The notes beneath the pieces are model-generated. The model ran no database searches, was not told the origin of the DNA, and saw nothing but the letters and a program-made list of their open reading frames with translations. DNA of 64,000 nt from a virus. The DNA lies in IMG/VR virus record IMGVR_UViG_3300030328_001039, positions 1 through 64,000 of that record; one strand, given 5' to 3'. The position numbers and the translations under genes were made by a program. Of this stretch, positions 35,501 through 50,500 are shown piece after piece; position 1 is the first letter of the stretch; the number at the start of each line of letters is the position of its first letter.

Positions 35501-38500
35501 ACCTTGCCTTCTTGTGTAAGTAAATGATACAGTTTCTCCCGTATCAGGGTCAATATACTGTAATTTTTGACCATAATACGGTATCTCAGGGAATAGTGAA
35601 CAGTCATCAACTTGTATAGTAGTAGAAGAACTATGATTTCCTACTACTTTACAAGTAGGAGTAAGACTGACATTCTCCATTATCTTTGAGTAAATATCAG
35701 GGTATATGCTAGGATAACCAGCCAGTGTCAATTGAGCACCTATTGCTCCATAACTCGCACGACAGAACTGATAGTAATTGTCGATACGATACAAGGCGAG
35801 ATGCCTGAAACCAACAGCAGATGCATCAGATGGAGTGCCTTGGTGCATGATACTCCACCACGGAATGTTAGTTGTAAATCCGGGTGTAGCGTCTTTGAAA
35901 GAAACTTCAGATGTAGTAGGGTGATATGGGTGACCTCTACGAGTAAAGTGAGGACTTTCGCTACCTTGAACTCCAAGTGGATTATAAAGCAGCATCGGAG
36001 GGATGTTGGTAAACTGGCTACCGTGGTCAGGGTCGTGGTCTAGTATGACCTCATTCAAGAATATCTCACAGCCTCTTACATCAGCCAATGTAGCCTCGGA
36101 CAATATTAGTGTCACACCACCAATATTAGCAGAGTTAGTTAGTGTGGCGTGTCGCTCTTCATCGTACTTTATTCCTATTACAAGAGCAACTTGCTGACTT
36201 GTGAGACTCGATAATTCTGTACCAGCAGTTGGTAAGCCTGTAGAGTCAGCATTGTTACGATGGAATCCTGTGATTTGTTGTGAGCGCAAGTTTGGTTGGA
36301 TGACAATTTGATACGCCCCAACTTCAGCAGGGTCAGGGAAATGATTGGCTTGAGTATAATTACCCCCAGCCTCAAGCACAATAGAGTGTCCTCCGGCCTT
36401 ATTCATATCTCCAGCAGTGCCTTTTGATGCTAGTATACCGTAACCGTCATACTTGATTTTTGTCTCAAACATTAGGGTAAATGCACCACCGTGAATGTCA
36501 CTCGGCCCTGATGGGTTGGTAGTAAGTGAACCTACTCTTAATGCTGGGTTAAGAGGGAATATTCTCTCTTCAACTGCTGTGGGTATTGATGTTTGATTAT
36601 TTGTTGTACCATCTATTTCAACTAAGTTTTCAGCCAATGAAGTGTAATCTTCGTCACCTAGAGCAGCAAGCCTATCTGAGTTTGCCTTGTCATACAAACC
36701 TGCATACGAAGGATGCGCCCAATGACCCGGCATCATAGGCATAGTAGCATTGACGAAGTGATGACCCATACGAGGAATAGGCATTGGAGTTAGTTGTGGT
36801 TTGCTGTATCTTGAATGAATAGTGGTTTGAGAGTCACCATCAAAGTATAGAGTGTGAGCCATGTCGGGACTGTTACCACTTACTTCTGCGTGGTCACGCA
36901 ATCTTCTTGCTGCGAATATACGAGTGCTACCCGCTGGGATATAGTAAGAAGGAGTAATCGTCAATGTTGTTGTAGCAGGTGGGTTATCAGCAAGGAATTG
37001 GTCAAAGTCAATATCTCCTACCACGCCTTTGAACAAATTAACCTCACCACCAGTTCCGATAGAAGTATACGACACAACAACACTTTCACCCGCTGGATTT
37101 GCGATGCGAAGGAATCTACGGTCACCAGCCACCTCTTTTGTTCCAAATCCAGCATCGAATATAGAAGGAGTAATAGTAGCACTAGCAGTTAGAATAGGAC
37201 TGGCGAAACTACTGACCGTCAAATCTTGATTTACCACACCAGCAGCATGAGTGTAAGTTACTGGGAACTTTTCAGTGTGGCTGTGACCCATCTTAGTGAT
37301 GTGGAAATACAGTGCTCTGTCTTGCTGCTCGTAAGAACTGCGTAGTGAGTTATTGCGTGTCGCCTCTACCCATCCATCACGAGTAGACTCAGGGAAGTTT
37401 TCTCCTTGCGATATGTGTTCCCATCCTACTTCGTTCATAGTTGGCCCTTTTCTCGGCGCCTTCACTACATTGTCAAACAAATGACCAATATGAGAAGCAC
37501 CCAAATCAGGATGAATCATACCACCGTCACCAACGGTTTCAGTTTGGTACGCTTGGATTGGGTCAAAGCCACTACGGACAAGGATATTTCCGGGTATAGA
37601 TTCAGGGTCGGGTAACTGAATCTCAAAGTTAGGAGCGATACCGCTGTTGGCTGGAACTGGCTGTAAACCACTTGCTAGTCTAGTCGATGTTGGTTTATAC
37701 GCTCTGATAATAATACCTAAAGGAGAGCCGCCTTCTAGTGTGTGTACCTGTCCTGTATCATCAACAACGGTAATATCTTCAAATTGTATTTCTTCATTTG
37801 GTATCTCAAGTATACCACCAAGAGCAATAGGGTGCTCTTTTGCTAATGTAGGGTGTGCTATCTCTTGTGCCTGTAGAACTGGCATCATGGCTGAGTTTGT
37901 TGTCTCAAAAGAAAATCGAATGTTACCATACAACTTCTCTCCCATTTGATGAGCAGTTCCGGCAGCATCACCTACTACTGCATTTTTAACACGAGTAATC
38001 CACGGAACTGCTCCTAAACCACGAGCATTTGATGCTGGCATAGTAACTGTACCACCATCCATTCGTTTCCACACAATATGTTCTGTGCTGAAGTTTTTGT
38101 GAGGTGTGCGTTTAAGCACATCGTAAGCGTTTACATCACCAGCCCAAAATACTTCAGATTGATTAGTACCTACATTATGAACCATGTTAGCAGAAGGATT
38201 TGTATTCGCTGTAATAAAATCAGTAGCAAGATTTCTTTCCGCTATATCTCCTTCGTGATTTATAATACCTACATTTTTGTCAATATCGAAGAATAAATCG
38301 CCTGTTTCAGCAAAGCAAGGCTCTGCGTTTGACAATGAAGTATCAGCAGATATACTACCATGTAGGTAGAACTGAGCATCGAAAGGTGCGTTATCCAAAG
38401 CACTTGTTGCTGTATAATCAGCAATTGTAGGCGGTGCTGTGGCATCAACAATCAAAGCCTCAACATTTGGCCCAGCGTTTGCTGGAGCGATAAATCTGTC

Positions 38501-41500
38501 AGCGTTATGGAATCTCTCATCCCATTGAGTAGTACCACCGGCCAAAAGATAATCACCAGTAGCAGTGTATGAATCTCTATCTTTCCTCGCTACTAAACTA
38601 AGTTCACCCTCATGTGCTACTACTAACAACGCACGAGCGTAAGTACCTTGAGGGTGAACCAACTCTTTCTGTAACTCAGGCATAGTTCGCATCACTGGTG
38701 GGTTGTTGAACTGAGCACCGTCAGCCCAGCCTACGACATATGAGCCGAATGCCACTGGGTCATCTACAGAGAAACTTACTTGGTCTGCTTCTGTATCACC
38801 GTCACTTGGGAAATTGTCAAGACTGCGACCCGGTATATCGGTAGGAGGCATACTTTCAGGCGAGTTAGGTAGAGGAGTGGTATGTGGTAAATGTCCTAGT
38901 ATAGTCGCACAAGATGATGCGCCACCATATGGTGAGAACCCAAGCATAGAATGCCAAGCACCTAGACCAGCAGAATAACCACCGTCTACTGGTAAAGTGT
39001 TGAGATAAGAGTACCTTTCACCATGCCACCCAACAGCACCAACTGGTTTTGTTCTATCTATTGCATCAACGATACCGCTAAAGTGAACTGCTCCTATTCC
39101 TTTCTGAAGGTATCTTTCAAAGTCAGCAGAGTTGTCTACACCAAGAGTTGAACTCTTTGACCATATCCATATTTTTGTACCAGTAGTAGGGGCAGGGTGA
39201 GGTAGACTTACTCCTCCTACATTTGAACCATTTTGAGTATTAAACGGGGTAGTGGTGTTAGCATAAATACGCCAAGCCTCACCATCTTCAAACGCTTTCA
39301 AACCTGTGATTTTATTGTTAGATAAAAAGAATCTACAGAATAAATCGCTACCGTTTCTATAGGTAGCACGACTGTGATAACAAGCCCATGCTGCCGTTTT
39401 TACACTAGACGATACAACACCGCCATAATCAGTATCTGCTTCAGTACGCAACCAACCCGAAGTAGGTATACGATTAACAATAGATTGAGTAGCAGTATCA
39501 CTAGCATTGGTATAACCCGTTATTTGTAAATCAATGAAACAGTCACCTGCTTTGAGATTTGATGCTAATGATGCCGTATTACCCAGTGTGTTGTGTGTAT
39601 GCGTAATGGTTACACCGCTGTTTGATGCATTAGGGTTAGGAGATACAGTAATACTAGAACCAGTAAAACTGACAACAACGGTGTTGGCTTGTAACCCAGT
39701 ACCAGTTACAGTTTGCCCCGCTTGCATATTAGGAGGGAATGTACCAGTTACAGGAATTAATGGGTCATTGTTAGTGATATTTCCAGTAAATGTAGATGTA
39801 GTCAAAATACTTCTAGTCATAGCCTGTCCGCTAACTACATTGTTTGAATAACCTAATCCCGCAACCTGAGCATGTGGGGTCACACCACCCGCCCCTCCGC
39901 CGTAAACACTTGATGGTATAGCGGTAGACTCAGCCGCAATCCAACCATAGCGGTCTTGTTTAGTAGAGTTACCCATAGATGGCATGAATGTTCCACCTAT
40001 TGCCTTCAAAGCACCTTTACCGGGGAATGTATTGATTGCTCCTCCGAGTAAACATGCTAACTCTTCTCCATTTTGACAACGGGTAGCATCTACTACAATG
40101 TATTCGTGGTCTACATCACCTTGGACTAATGTTTCCGCTGCAAAAGCAGGTGAACCTGAGTTGTCATTTGAGTAAAGCATCCTTGTAGCCAAAGTCCCTG
40201 CTACTCTAAACGCAGTTTTGTTAATTTGAGTTGTAGTGGTTTGGGCTGGAACTCTAGCGTCATCTGCTTCTCTTGGTGGATTCATGGTAATTTGATTATC
40301 CATCCACGAGCCACCGGGATGGTTACCATTATCCATATGCCAACACAAATCAGCATTTTTAACCATACCATGACCATAAAACATAGCGTGTCTACTTGGT
40401 TGAGCCACAGAGTATGCTCGTGCAACATTATCGGTAAAGTTACCAAAACTGTTGTAATGCTTAAACGCAGCAGCGGTAAATGAACTACCATAGTTTCTAC
40501 CACTTTCGGGTCGCTCCCTCAAAAATACAGTATCAGGAATACCAAGTGATGATTCCCAATTAAACACTTGGCGGTAGTGGTAACTGTGCTTGAGTAATTG
40601 AGTAGCAGCACGCTCAGGCATATAATCGCCATCTGAATTATGAATGTGATTTGGTAAGAAGGCACGACCACCAACCCCGCTTGACATATTTGGTACTTTT
40701 GACCAGCCATTACCAGTGCTAATAGCCGAACCGGGGTGTGGCTCAAAAGTATTATTTGGAGTGGCAGACTCTTGTGTTAATGGGAATGCTTGACCCGGCC
40801 CAAATATAATGAAAGTTGTTTTATTTTCTGTTCCATCTCTATGGTCTTGATACCTCGCAGTCGGGTGTGCAAAGCGTAATACCATAGGAGAAGGAACTTG
40901 CATATGCACGCCAGCAGTATATGGAGCAGCATTGGGGTGAATGTTACTTGGGGTATGCGAGCCTCGTTTTAGGTCTTGAGAAAGAATACTATCTTTGTTG
41001 TAAACTGGTGGGTTAATACTACCACGATGTTGCTTTAACAACGCAGTTGCTGGGAAAAATGCCATGATAGCGTTACAGTCAATTGTAGAGAAAGATGAAA
41101 GAATCTCATTGGCATTTTGAATGCCCGATGAACCAGTCGGCCCATTTGCATACGGATGTGTATTATGCTCCGAATAGTCATTTTGAGTACCATCATTTAT
41201 GTCAATAGTAGCCCCACTAAACCCACCGCCAAAGAATAGAGGAACATAGTTATCAGGGCTATCACGAGCACCTGTAAAACGAATAATTGGTACAGAATGT
41301 ACGCTACCAAGAGAGCGTTTACCAGCAAACAAAAATGCCCTTCTAGTGTCATTGTATTTCTGTATAACAATAGTACCACTTGGATTCGATGAAGGCCAAT
41401 CCTCACTTCTCAAGTTCGCATCACTAATTGCCTTGAATGTACTTTCAGCAGCGGCTAATGTTGTTCCTCGGCTTTCAGCAATTGCTGTGTGTTTGTTGTA

Positions 41501-44500
41501 ACTTATTGGGGTTTGAGTACCAAAAGAGTCTACTCTTGTTAAGTCATTTGATGAACCATTGAAAACATGATTTACATTGGATTCTTCGCCCGATGGTTTA
41601 GCAAAATGCCACATAGCATTGTCACTATGTAGAGTTATAGCCGCACCTGCGTGGCCTATAGCACTCATCTTTAGCGTTGGATTGTCAAGATTTGGTAGAA
41701 TTAAGTCACCACTGGATTCAATGAAGTTCTCTCCTATCAAGTTTTTACGCCATGTGTTAGTATCAATTGGGTTGTTTTGTGAGTCTACTATATTTGGAGT
41801 GGGTGTGTTAGAGTTATGGCCTCTACCGCTTGTTGTAATTTGTAAAACACTTGATGGTATATACCCACAGTTTACGCTACGCCCACTATCTATCAAATCA
41901 TTAGTTACTGGTCTATCCCCAGTGCCTCCTATAGACACTCCTTCATCGTCAAGTTTCAAACTCTCAACTTCACCATATTCAATATGACTGGCTCTAATAC
42001 CTGTATCTTGGGATAGACTTGCTGTAAAGAAGTTAGATATGGGTTCAATGTCATTTTTCGTATTGTAAGCCTTAATTTTAATTGACTCTTCAGTGATACC
42101 CCACTCAGCAAATGTTCTACCGTCAGCGGCGTACATTTCTGTGCAATCAAAGAAATGCCCTTTTTGTTTGTTAGGGTTATCTAAGTTGATAGCAAAAGCA
42201 GTTACAGCAGCCATTAATTCATCTGTTATCAGTGTAGTCCAATTAGCAACTGGTGTGATAAGTGCTGATGTAGATTCAGTTGTTTCGCCTACAACATAAT
42301 CACCAGCCTCAAAGACCGGAGCACTGATAGTAGACGAAGAGTGATGTTTATGCCTTGAAACATATGTATCACCGACAACACCGTGGAAAACATGAGTGCC
42401 AGTTTTATCATTCCTTGTTCGATGAGTATAGGAGTACATATTACCCCAGTTACCGTTGATGGATTCTATTAGTGTGAATTGAGCGTTAGTACCTCCTATA
42501 CCACTTACGCTGATTGTATCTCCGTTAATGTAACCACCTTCACCAAGGGATGTAATAGTAACACTTGTGACTGCATTACTACCATTTGTATTGATACTCA
42601 AAGTCATTCCACTACCACTACCGCCTACTCCTATAGCATCTGCATTTGTTTGACCTGCTGTATAACCTGAACCACCAGCGGTTATAGTGGCTGCACCCAT
42701 GTGATTGAATGGGTCTGACAAATGTATGACACCATCTTCAGCAGGGAATCCCATATAGCCTAAAATATCGTGATGGTCACAAGCGTCATATGGAGCATAG
42801 GGGGTGACAGTAATTGTTTGATTCGCCACACTGTAAACTACATTTGCGTTGTAAGAAGCATTTGGAGCAGGTGCTCCTCTCCAATAGTTACCTCTCCAAC
42901 TTGCTAAATTAGCGTTATCAGGTATAGCAGGGAATCTACCAGTTGGGTCACTTATACCATGCATATGTTTTCCAATTGTAAAGCCGCCTTGAGAGCAGTC
43001 TTTGTGATTGAAATAGATAGCAATTTCATTATCCAAAGTTTTTGGTAAAGTTGTATTATCTAAAGCAAAATTGTCACCCATATTTTTGTAAATGTAACGC
43101 AGTCCGTGACTTACTCCTCTATGGTCTTGAAGGCGTAGCCCATAGAGATTGGTGTCTCCTATGTTTTCAGGGAATGTATCAGGTGTAGGTACATGACCTG
43201 TGTATGTAGAAGCCGGGTCTGTGTTACTTACTGTTGTTAGTAAGCCATAATCGTTAGCAAATCTATTATCTCCCTTTCTACCGAATCCCCACTTACCCGC
43301 ATCAGGAGCAAAGCCCGGAATACCAGCCGCTACAAGACCACCAAAGTTTATTCTTGCTACGGCATTAGTACCCACTCTCAATCCTTCAGTAAATGATGTG
43401 TTGAATCCTTCTACTTCAAGAGATTCAGTGTTGAGTGTATTATGGTTTTGACCGCTACCGCTATGCGCTGATACGGCACGCAATCTTGGTGTTGTAGTTT
43501 CATCGTGATTGTTAGAAAACTCCCCTTTTGGTGCTACTGCTTGCATTGATTCATCGGGTTGCGTATACTGTCGTAGAGAAGTAATAGGAGCAAAAGGTCT
43601 GCCGTGTTTATTTAGCGGCATCGGTGCTGGGTGCATATTTTCTCCACTTATTTCATCAGGCATACACCAAAATGTTCTGAATCTACCTCCGTGGCCTATC
43701 ATAAACTCAGGTCTGTAAGGTAATTGCCCCTTACTATTGTCGAGCCATACACAGAAATTACGGCCAGTAGCACCCGGTACAGTGCTGTGAATAATTATTG
43801 AAAATCCTTCTTCGCTACCATCTATATTTTTAACAACCCTACCAAGGTGAGCACGAATGTAACCCATGTGAGTTCCTTTATCGTGAGACTCAAACGCCTT
43901 GTCCTCATCCCACCATACAGCGGGGTCGTGAGTAGAACCAGTTGTAGCAAAGTCAGCCTCACCAGCAACTTTTACGGGATATTGTTTGTTGTTATTATCG
44001 CTGTGGGTGCGCCCTTTTTTAGCAGCAGCCTGATTTATCATACGAACTACTTCAGTCGCTGCTGCTTCGACATTAGTAATACCATCCTTAACGGCAACCT
44101 CTCCTAAATCAATAGTCATCCTTCTTGTGAAATCCATTTGAGTCCACTGAGGCAAGTGTTGTAGTCTTGTTTCATTCATGTTAGATAAATCAAGAGCCTC
44201 AGACCTAATGCCCTTTAATGCAAGGAATGCTGGGATTACACGAGTTCCATCCGGTGTATCGAAGAGAGTAGATGTTTCATCGTTAGTATTGTTAATGTTT
44301 AATGTAAAACTACCTTTGCCATCACCAGCCACAAAAGGCGGTGTTGCTGTAGGTAAGTCATTGACCCTTCTATCAGCGATAAAAATTGTATCTCCATCTT
44401 TGTATAGACTGTTACCATGCCTTCTTACTGTGGCTGTAGCCACTGCTCCACTTGATATTACAACATCTACAGTCATTCCTTTTCCTTTACCATCAGATGT

Positions 44501-47500
44501 TGTTCTTACATTAAAGAAAGTACCATTGTTGTAAGTAGACCCACCTGCTTTCAAAGTCAATGTTTTTCCTTTCTTTATTCGATGCTGCATTAAAGCCTTG
44601 ACTAAAATATCATTTGATGAAAATAATTTTCTTGTCTTTTTATGCTCTTTATTTGCATGGTATATTGTAACTGCTGCATTATTTGTTCTTGATGCAATAC
44701 TATCACCAAGAGCACGCTCTTTTGCTAATGGCCCACCAGTGTGGAAACCTGTATGTATGAAATGACCGTGGGCTTTACCATAAATCATACTCTGAGTCAT
44801 GGTAGTTAATGTGTTAATCAAAGATGTACCTGTGTGTGTGAATACTTTGAAAACAGCATTGTTATTTCCACCAGTGACTCTTATTTTTGATTCAAAGCCC
44901 CCACCACCGACTCTTGAAGTTAAATAGCCGCTACCGGGAGTATTAACAGCAATAGTAGTAATTTGACCGGATGTTGTAGTAATATCTACAGTTAATCCAG
45001 TACCTCCAGCGTTTATAGCAGTTGTAGCCACATTAGTAGTTGTACCTGATGGGTAACCAGTACCATTTTGTCTGTTAAATGATGATTGCCCTTGCACTGG
45101 TTCTATTCTTGAAACAATACCTTTTACTGGTTCTAGCATTTCACTTGCCATATTGTTAGCAATATTATGAGCATAAGCACTTTCCATAAAATTAGAATGC
45201 TGATACTCTCTGATGTATTTATTTTGAGAAGGATAACCATTAGCAACATCTACTTGGGTAATAAATGGATTTTGACTGCCACCATTGTACTTGATAGAAT
45301 AATAACTTAAATCAACTTCATCAGTTCCATCGGCTACATTCTGAGAAGTAGACAATCTTTCAAAGCCAATTTCAGCAGCCTTCGGAGATGTTTGAACTTG
45401 CATATGTATGTCTTGGAATGCTATGAACTCACGGTCATGCGCTACATCGTATAACAATACACGAGCGTGTCCTTCTGTTGCTAAGTACGGGTCAAGATAA
45501 GCAATTGTTGGTGGGTTACTAATACCAAGGTTAGTGTAATTTAACTCAATTGTTTTATTCACATGCTGAACAAAATTACGAGCAGTATCAATACAACTGT
45601 CTCCAATCAAGAAGTTTTCAAGTGGTATAGAATCACGAGGCTCAGCCGCCATTAAACCTAAACCACCGTTGAAGCCTTTCCAAACAAGTGCTTCATTTAG
45701 CACACCACGACTCTTAGCAAACATCCCTTGAACAGCATGGGGATTATTGTAAGTCATATTCATCCATATTGTATCTCCCCTACGCAAACCACCTTGGGCG
45801 TAAGGAAATAGCCAAGTTCTGTTTAGACAAGCCTCTTCATCATTTACCATCATTGAATGACAACCAGTTCTAAGGTAGACAAACTCTGTAGCAGAAAGAG
45901 CCGCTGCTCCTAACATAGCGGTTAGGCTGGTTTTGTTAGCAGTAGGTACTGCTGCTTTAAGATGAACTATCCCAGCAGTCTGAGGAATAGTAACTGGATT
46001 ACCCAAAATTATACTCTCATTTATGTAATCAACTTGTCCTAGTATTGTTACTTTAACTACTTCTCCATCCTTATGATGCTCAGCATAAAGCCAGTCCTCA
46101 TGTTGGACATTTAGATTAAAAGTGTTTGATTGAAGTATTTCGCTCTTTTGTATGCTTAGTGTAATTTGGTCATCACCACCAATTAACGCACTAATTTGCC
46201 AAGGTGCTGAATAATGAACTGGTCTACCAGTATGTGACATGTTTACTGTATTATCCAATAATGTGTTGTACTTGTCACTTGAAAAGAAAACATCATATCC
46301 ATATTTAGTAAGGGTGGCGACTTCTCCCTTCAAAGTGTCGTTGTCAAGATAAGATGGAATTGAATTGTTTTCCTTTGTCATTACTATAATACTTGAGAGT
46401 GTATCAAGAGAATCAGTAGGAGTTGTACCACTGGTAACCAGCGTGCTTTTGTTTTTGTTACCTTCTCCAAAGTAAACAAATGTATTAGTGCCAATTTCTA
46501 AACTATAGTGTGCTTGACCCATTTCCCATTTATAATCAGCGTTTATAGCATTAGGTTGCCTTTCAATATTCGGGAACTTATCTACATCTTCTTGACTCAT
46601 AATAAGATGAGCGAATCCAGTATAAACAGACCCGTTCATAATAGGCTCTACACTCAGAATAGTTCCCGCTGCACGCTTAGATTGAATCTTTGCTGCGTGA
46701 GGATTTGATAGTGGCCCTGCTTTGAACTCTACTGCACTTACATACTGGCGTAAACCATAGTCAATATTGCCGCCTTGTGTTTTTGCACTAGCAGCATCGT
46801 AGTAATATTCACTTCTATTTTCAAAGTCAGCAGCGGCATTAAGAGCATCACCTTTGAGTGGGACTAAGACTTCTGAATCGTATATATTCCCTATGAGTAA
46901 AGGTAAACCTACCACTGCTTCACCTACAAATGTTTCAGATACATACGAATCTTCTTTTACAATTTCTATGTAACCATCTGTTGCTGGGTTATTAGAATAT
47001 ATAGCCCATGCGCCTGATGGTAAAAATACTCTACGGTAGAGCAGTACATCATCTACATTGAAATATTTATCAGATGATGTGTCACCTGCTGGGTACATTT
47101 TAGGATTAGTCACATAGATTCGATAAGTAGAAGTAAGTATCTCAAAATTAGTAATGTTAGACTGATTATTTCTCTCATTACTAAGTATGCTCTTTGCGAA
47201 TGCTCCGTATGCACTTCTATCAGAAGGAGGCATATCTTGGTATCTACGACCAACTGGAGATGGATTCCATGTATGCGCTGTCATAGTAGGGTCAATATGT
47301 AGTTTCAAAGAGTTGTCAGGGCTTGGATAACTGTTACGGAATCTATCTACAAAGAATTGCCCTCTAAACAAAGGAATCTCTACTAGCGCACGAGTAGAAG
47401 CAAATTGAGTTCCAAGTTGATAGTCATGCGATATATTATCCATAGATTGGAACATTCTGTCATTTACAGTCGTACCATCTGACTGCAAGTTTTCGACAAA

Positions 47501-50500
47501 GAAATGCCCGTCTCCCATAATAATTTCACCAAGCGGGAAATCTTGAGACTGAGTACCTGTTAAAGCCCCAGCATCTTTACGCAATCCACTACCAACTACC
47601 CAGTCTTGGAATGTAGCAACTGCGTTACCATTTGGTAAAAGGAATCTTCGTGTACTAACAGTAGAATCATCAAACAAAAAGCAAGACCCGTTCTTACTCT
47701 GATACTCTGCATTTGCTCCGTTCTTCAAATATATTCTCCCAACTTTAGGGAATGGGTATGTACCCCAACTTGCTAAATCAGGCGACTCATTGTTCAGAGG
47801 AGATACTTCTATGAACTGAGTTTCGTTACTTGAACTCAAATCAACTCTTACTTTAGTAGCAAGACAAGAGAAACCTCTTCTGCTACTGTAAGGTAAATGT
47901 GCTAGTGTGCTTCTGTCAAACGATGGCTTTGTGTCATACGCCCCTTGACCCACTCCTCCTAGTGTTACACTCACAACTGGTGCGTTAGGGTCTATCTCTT
48001 TGACAACATGAGAGTCAGGACTACCTGAGCCTAACTCATTGATACTACGAGTCGCTGCTACATCAGAAAGACCTACACAGTTTACCACTGTGAAACGCCC
48101 TTCATCGCCTTCTATCTGCTCAACACCACGCAATTTTGAGCGACCCATAAGGAACATTACAACGGCTATGTTACTAGAGTCAGGTCTATCCCCTGTTGAG
48201 TAAATGTACTGTAATTGATTAGTTCTAGTTCTATCAGATGGCTGAATAAAGAAGCGATGTGTAACTCCAACTAGAGTTGTAATTTCTACATTGTCAATAA
48301 TGTCAAACATCTCATGTATGGCAGAGGCAGAAGAAGTTACACCAATATCAAATTGACCAGCACTTGGGCTACCGTGAACAGTATGAGGAGTCATACGATT
48401 GAACTCAGATGTAATCTCTAAAGCGTCAGCGTTTTGCACTCTTTCAATAAGTATGCGATGGAAAACAGAGTCGTGCTGAGCCTTTGTTGTATGAGACGCA
48501 GTAAGACTTTGAGGAGTAGTATTACCATTAGTGGTTGTTGCTGTAAAATTAGCAGGTGTGAGTCTCTCGTCTAATTCAACATCAGCCTCAAATCCTTCGC
48601 TATTATCCCCAACTAGAGAATGAGAGAAATTAATAGAGCCTAAGTTTCCTTCTTTTGATTTACCAACATCAATGTAGCCACCGGGGGAGTAAAGTGTAGC
48701 AGTTCCAGCAGCAACATCTGTGGCTATGTCATCGTAAACATATACCCCACTTGCTACTTCATAATTTGAAGCAGGTACAGTTTTTTCGACCATTAACATT
48801 GGTGCGGTTTTACTCATTGATGCGCCTGTAAAATCAATTGCGTTGTAGTGTACTTCTACATATGGTGCTAAGCCACGAGAAGCAAGAGTGGGTACATGTA
48901 AAAGAGCAATACGGCTATTTCTTGAAGGGTGTAGATGGAACTTACGAACATTACTATCAACATTATCTAAGTCTGACGGAACTGGCCCTTTCAAAACAAA
49001 CGGTAGTGGGTTAAAGTTACGAGCACCAGTCTTAGAACCACCAATTGCTATCAAAGTTCTATTAGCCCCTGCTAGACCATTTGATACTATTTCGTGCGGA
49101 GCACTTGAGTTCACAACTGTCTTGATTTCAAACGCTGCTGTGTCTTTGTAATAATCAACTTGAGAATTAATAGGGAACATTTTGTCAATGCCTTTTGTAG
49201 CAGCATCGTACATCAGCGTAAGAATGTCTGAATTACCAGCCTGTTGGTCTAGGTTTTCCTCGTTAGCACGAGGCATCATTCTAAGATATGAATGTCCTTC
49301 AATATGATTTAGAATATGGCGACCTGAATGACCTATCTGAAAACTTTCGTCTAAATCTGTAGGCCATGCTACAGCAAATGGATTATCAGTATCAACAGCG
49401 GTTGTAGACATACGGCTTGAATATGCCATAGCGTGTTGCTCATACTCACCTTCATCAATCAACATTTGACCTGCTCTATCAATCAACTGAGTAGCAAGGT
49501 GCGGTGGTTGATACGGGCGACCTGTACCATTTTCAATTAAACAATCTGCTGAAATAACAACAAACGAGTTTGCTCCATTAGCAGAAGTGTGAGTAGAGTG
49601 AAGAATAGGTCGCAATCCATTGGTGTTTGTTGTATTTTTGAAATCTAAATGAACGCTTGATACCAATAATTCGCCTGATGAGATATTGATACGGTGCAGT
49701 CGCACACGCTCAGGTGGTTTGCCGTTTGGCTTCTTTGAGTTTTGATTTATCGAGCCGGGATTAATGAGAAGATTGTAAGGAACATGAGGCACAAGATGAT
49801 TAGTAGTCGTACCGGGAGTGCTGTATCTGTCAATAACAGAATAGTCACCAGTTGAGTATGGGGAGATTGTGAAATCAACATAAGTGTCTGTAATTGTTTT
49901 ACCAGTCAAAGCATTAGCCAAAGACTGAGCATCAGCAGTGGGTATGGTGATAGCAGTGAGGTCATTTTCAGTAACCCCTGAGTCACTGTATGTAGAATCT
50001 ATACTGCTAATAGTGTAAACAGTATCTAGCGGTGAGATAGGCTCTTCAAATCTAAATAATGATATGGTTCTGTCACTTACCATTGAAGGATTACGAGTTA
50101 TCATTTCGTTACTAAATGAAGAAGAGACATGAATACCCTCAATTACACCTCTAAACTCACCGCCCTTTCCTCCAATGTAAACATGAGAGTTTTTACTCTT
50201 CAAAGCACTACCAATAGGAATATTTTGATTGGCAACTAAATCACCATTTACATAGATTTCAGCGTTACTTTGATTAATACACGCAACGATATGGTATAAC
50301 GGTCTTTGATTTCTGCTTAACGATGTTGCTTTATCTTTACCACTATCAAAACGATTGTATGAATCATCTAAACCACCAAATGTTGTAACTGGGTAAACTT
50401 GACCATCGTAGCCGTTTGTTTCAGGTTGAGCACTACGGAGTAAAACTTTGAAATCACCAATAGAAGAAGATGTAAGATTGGCTTCAAACTCAATTGGGCC

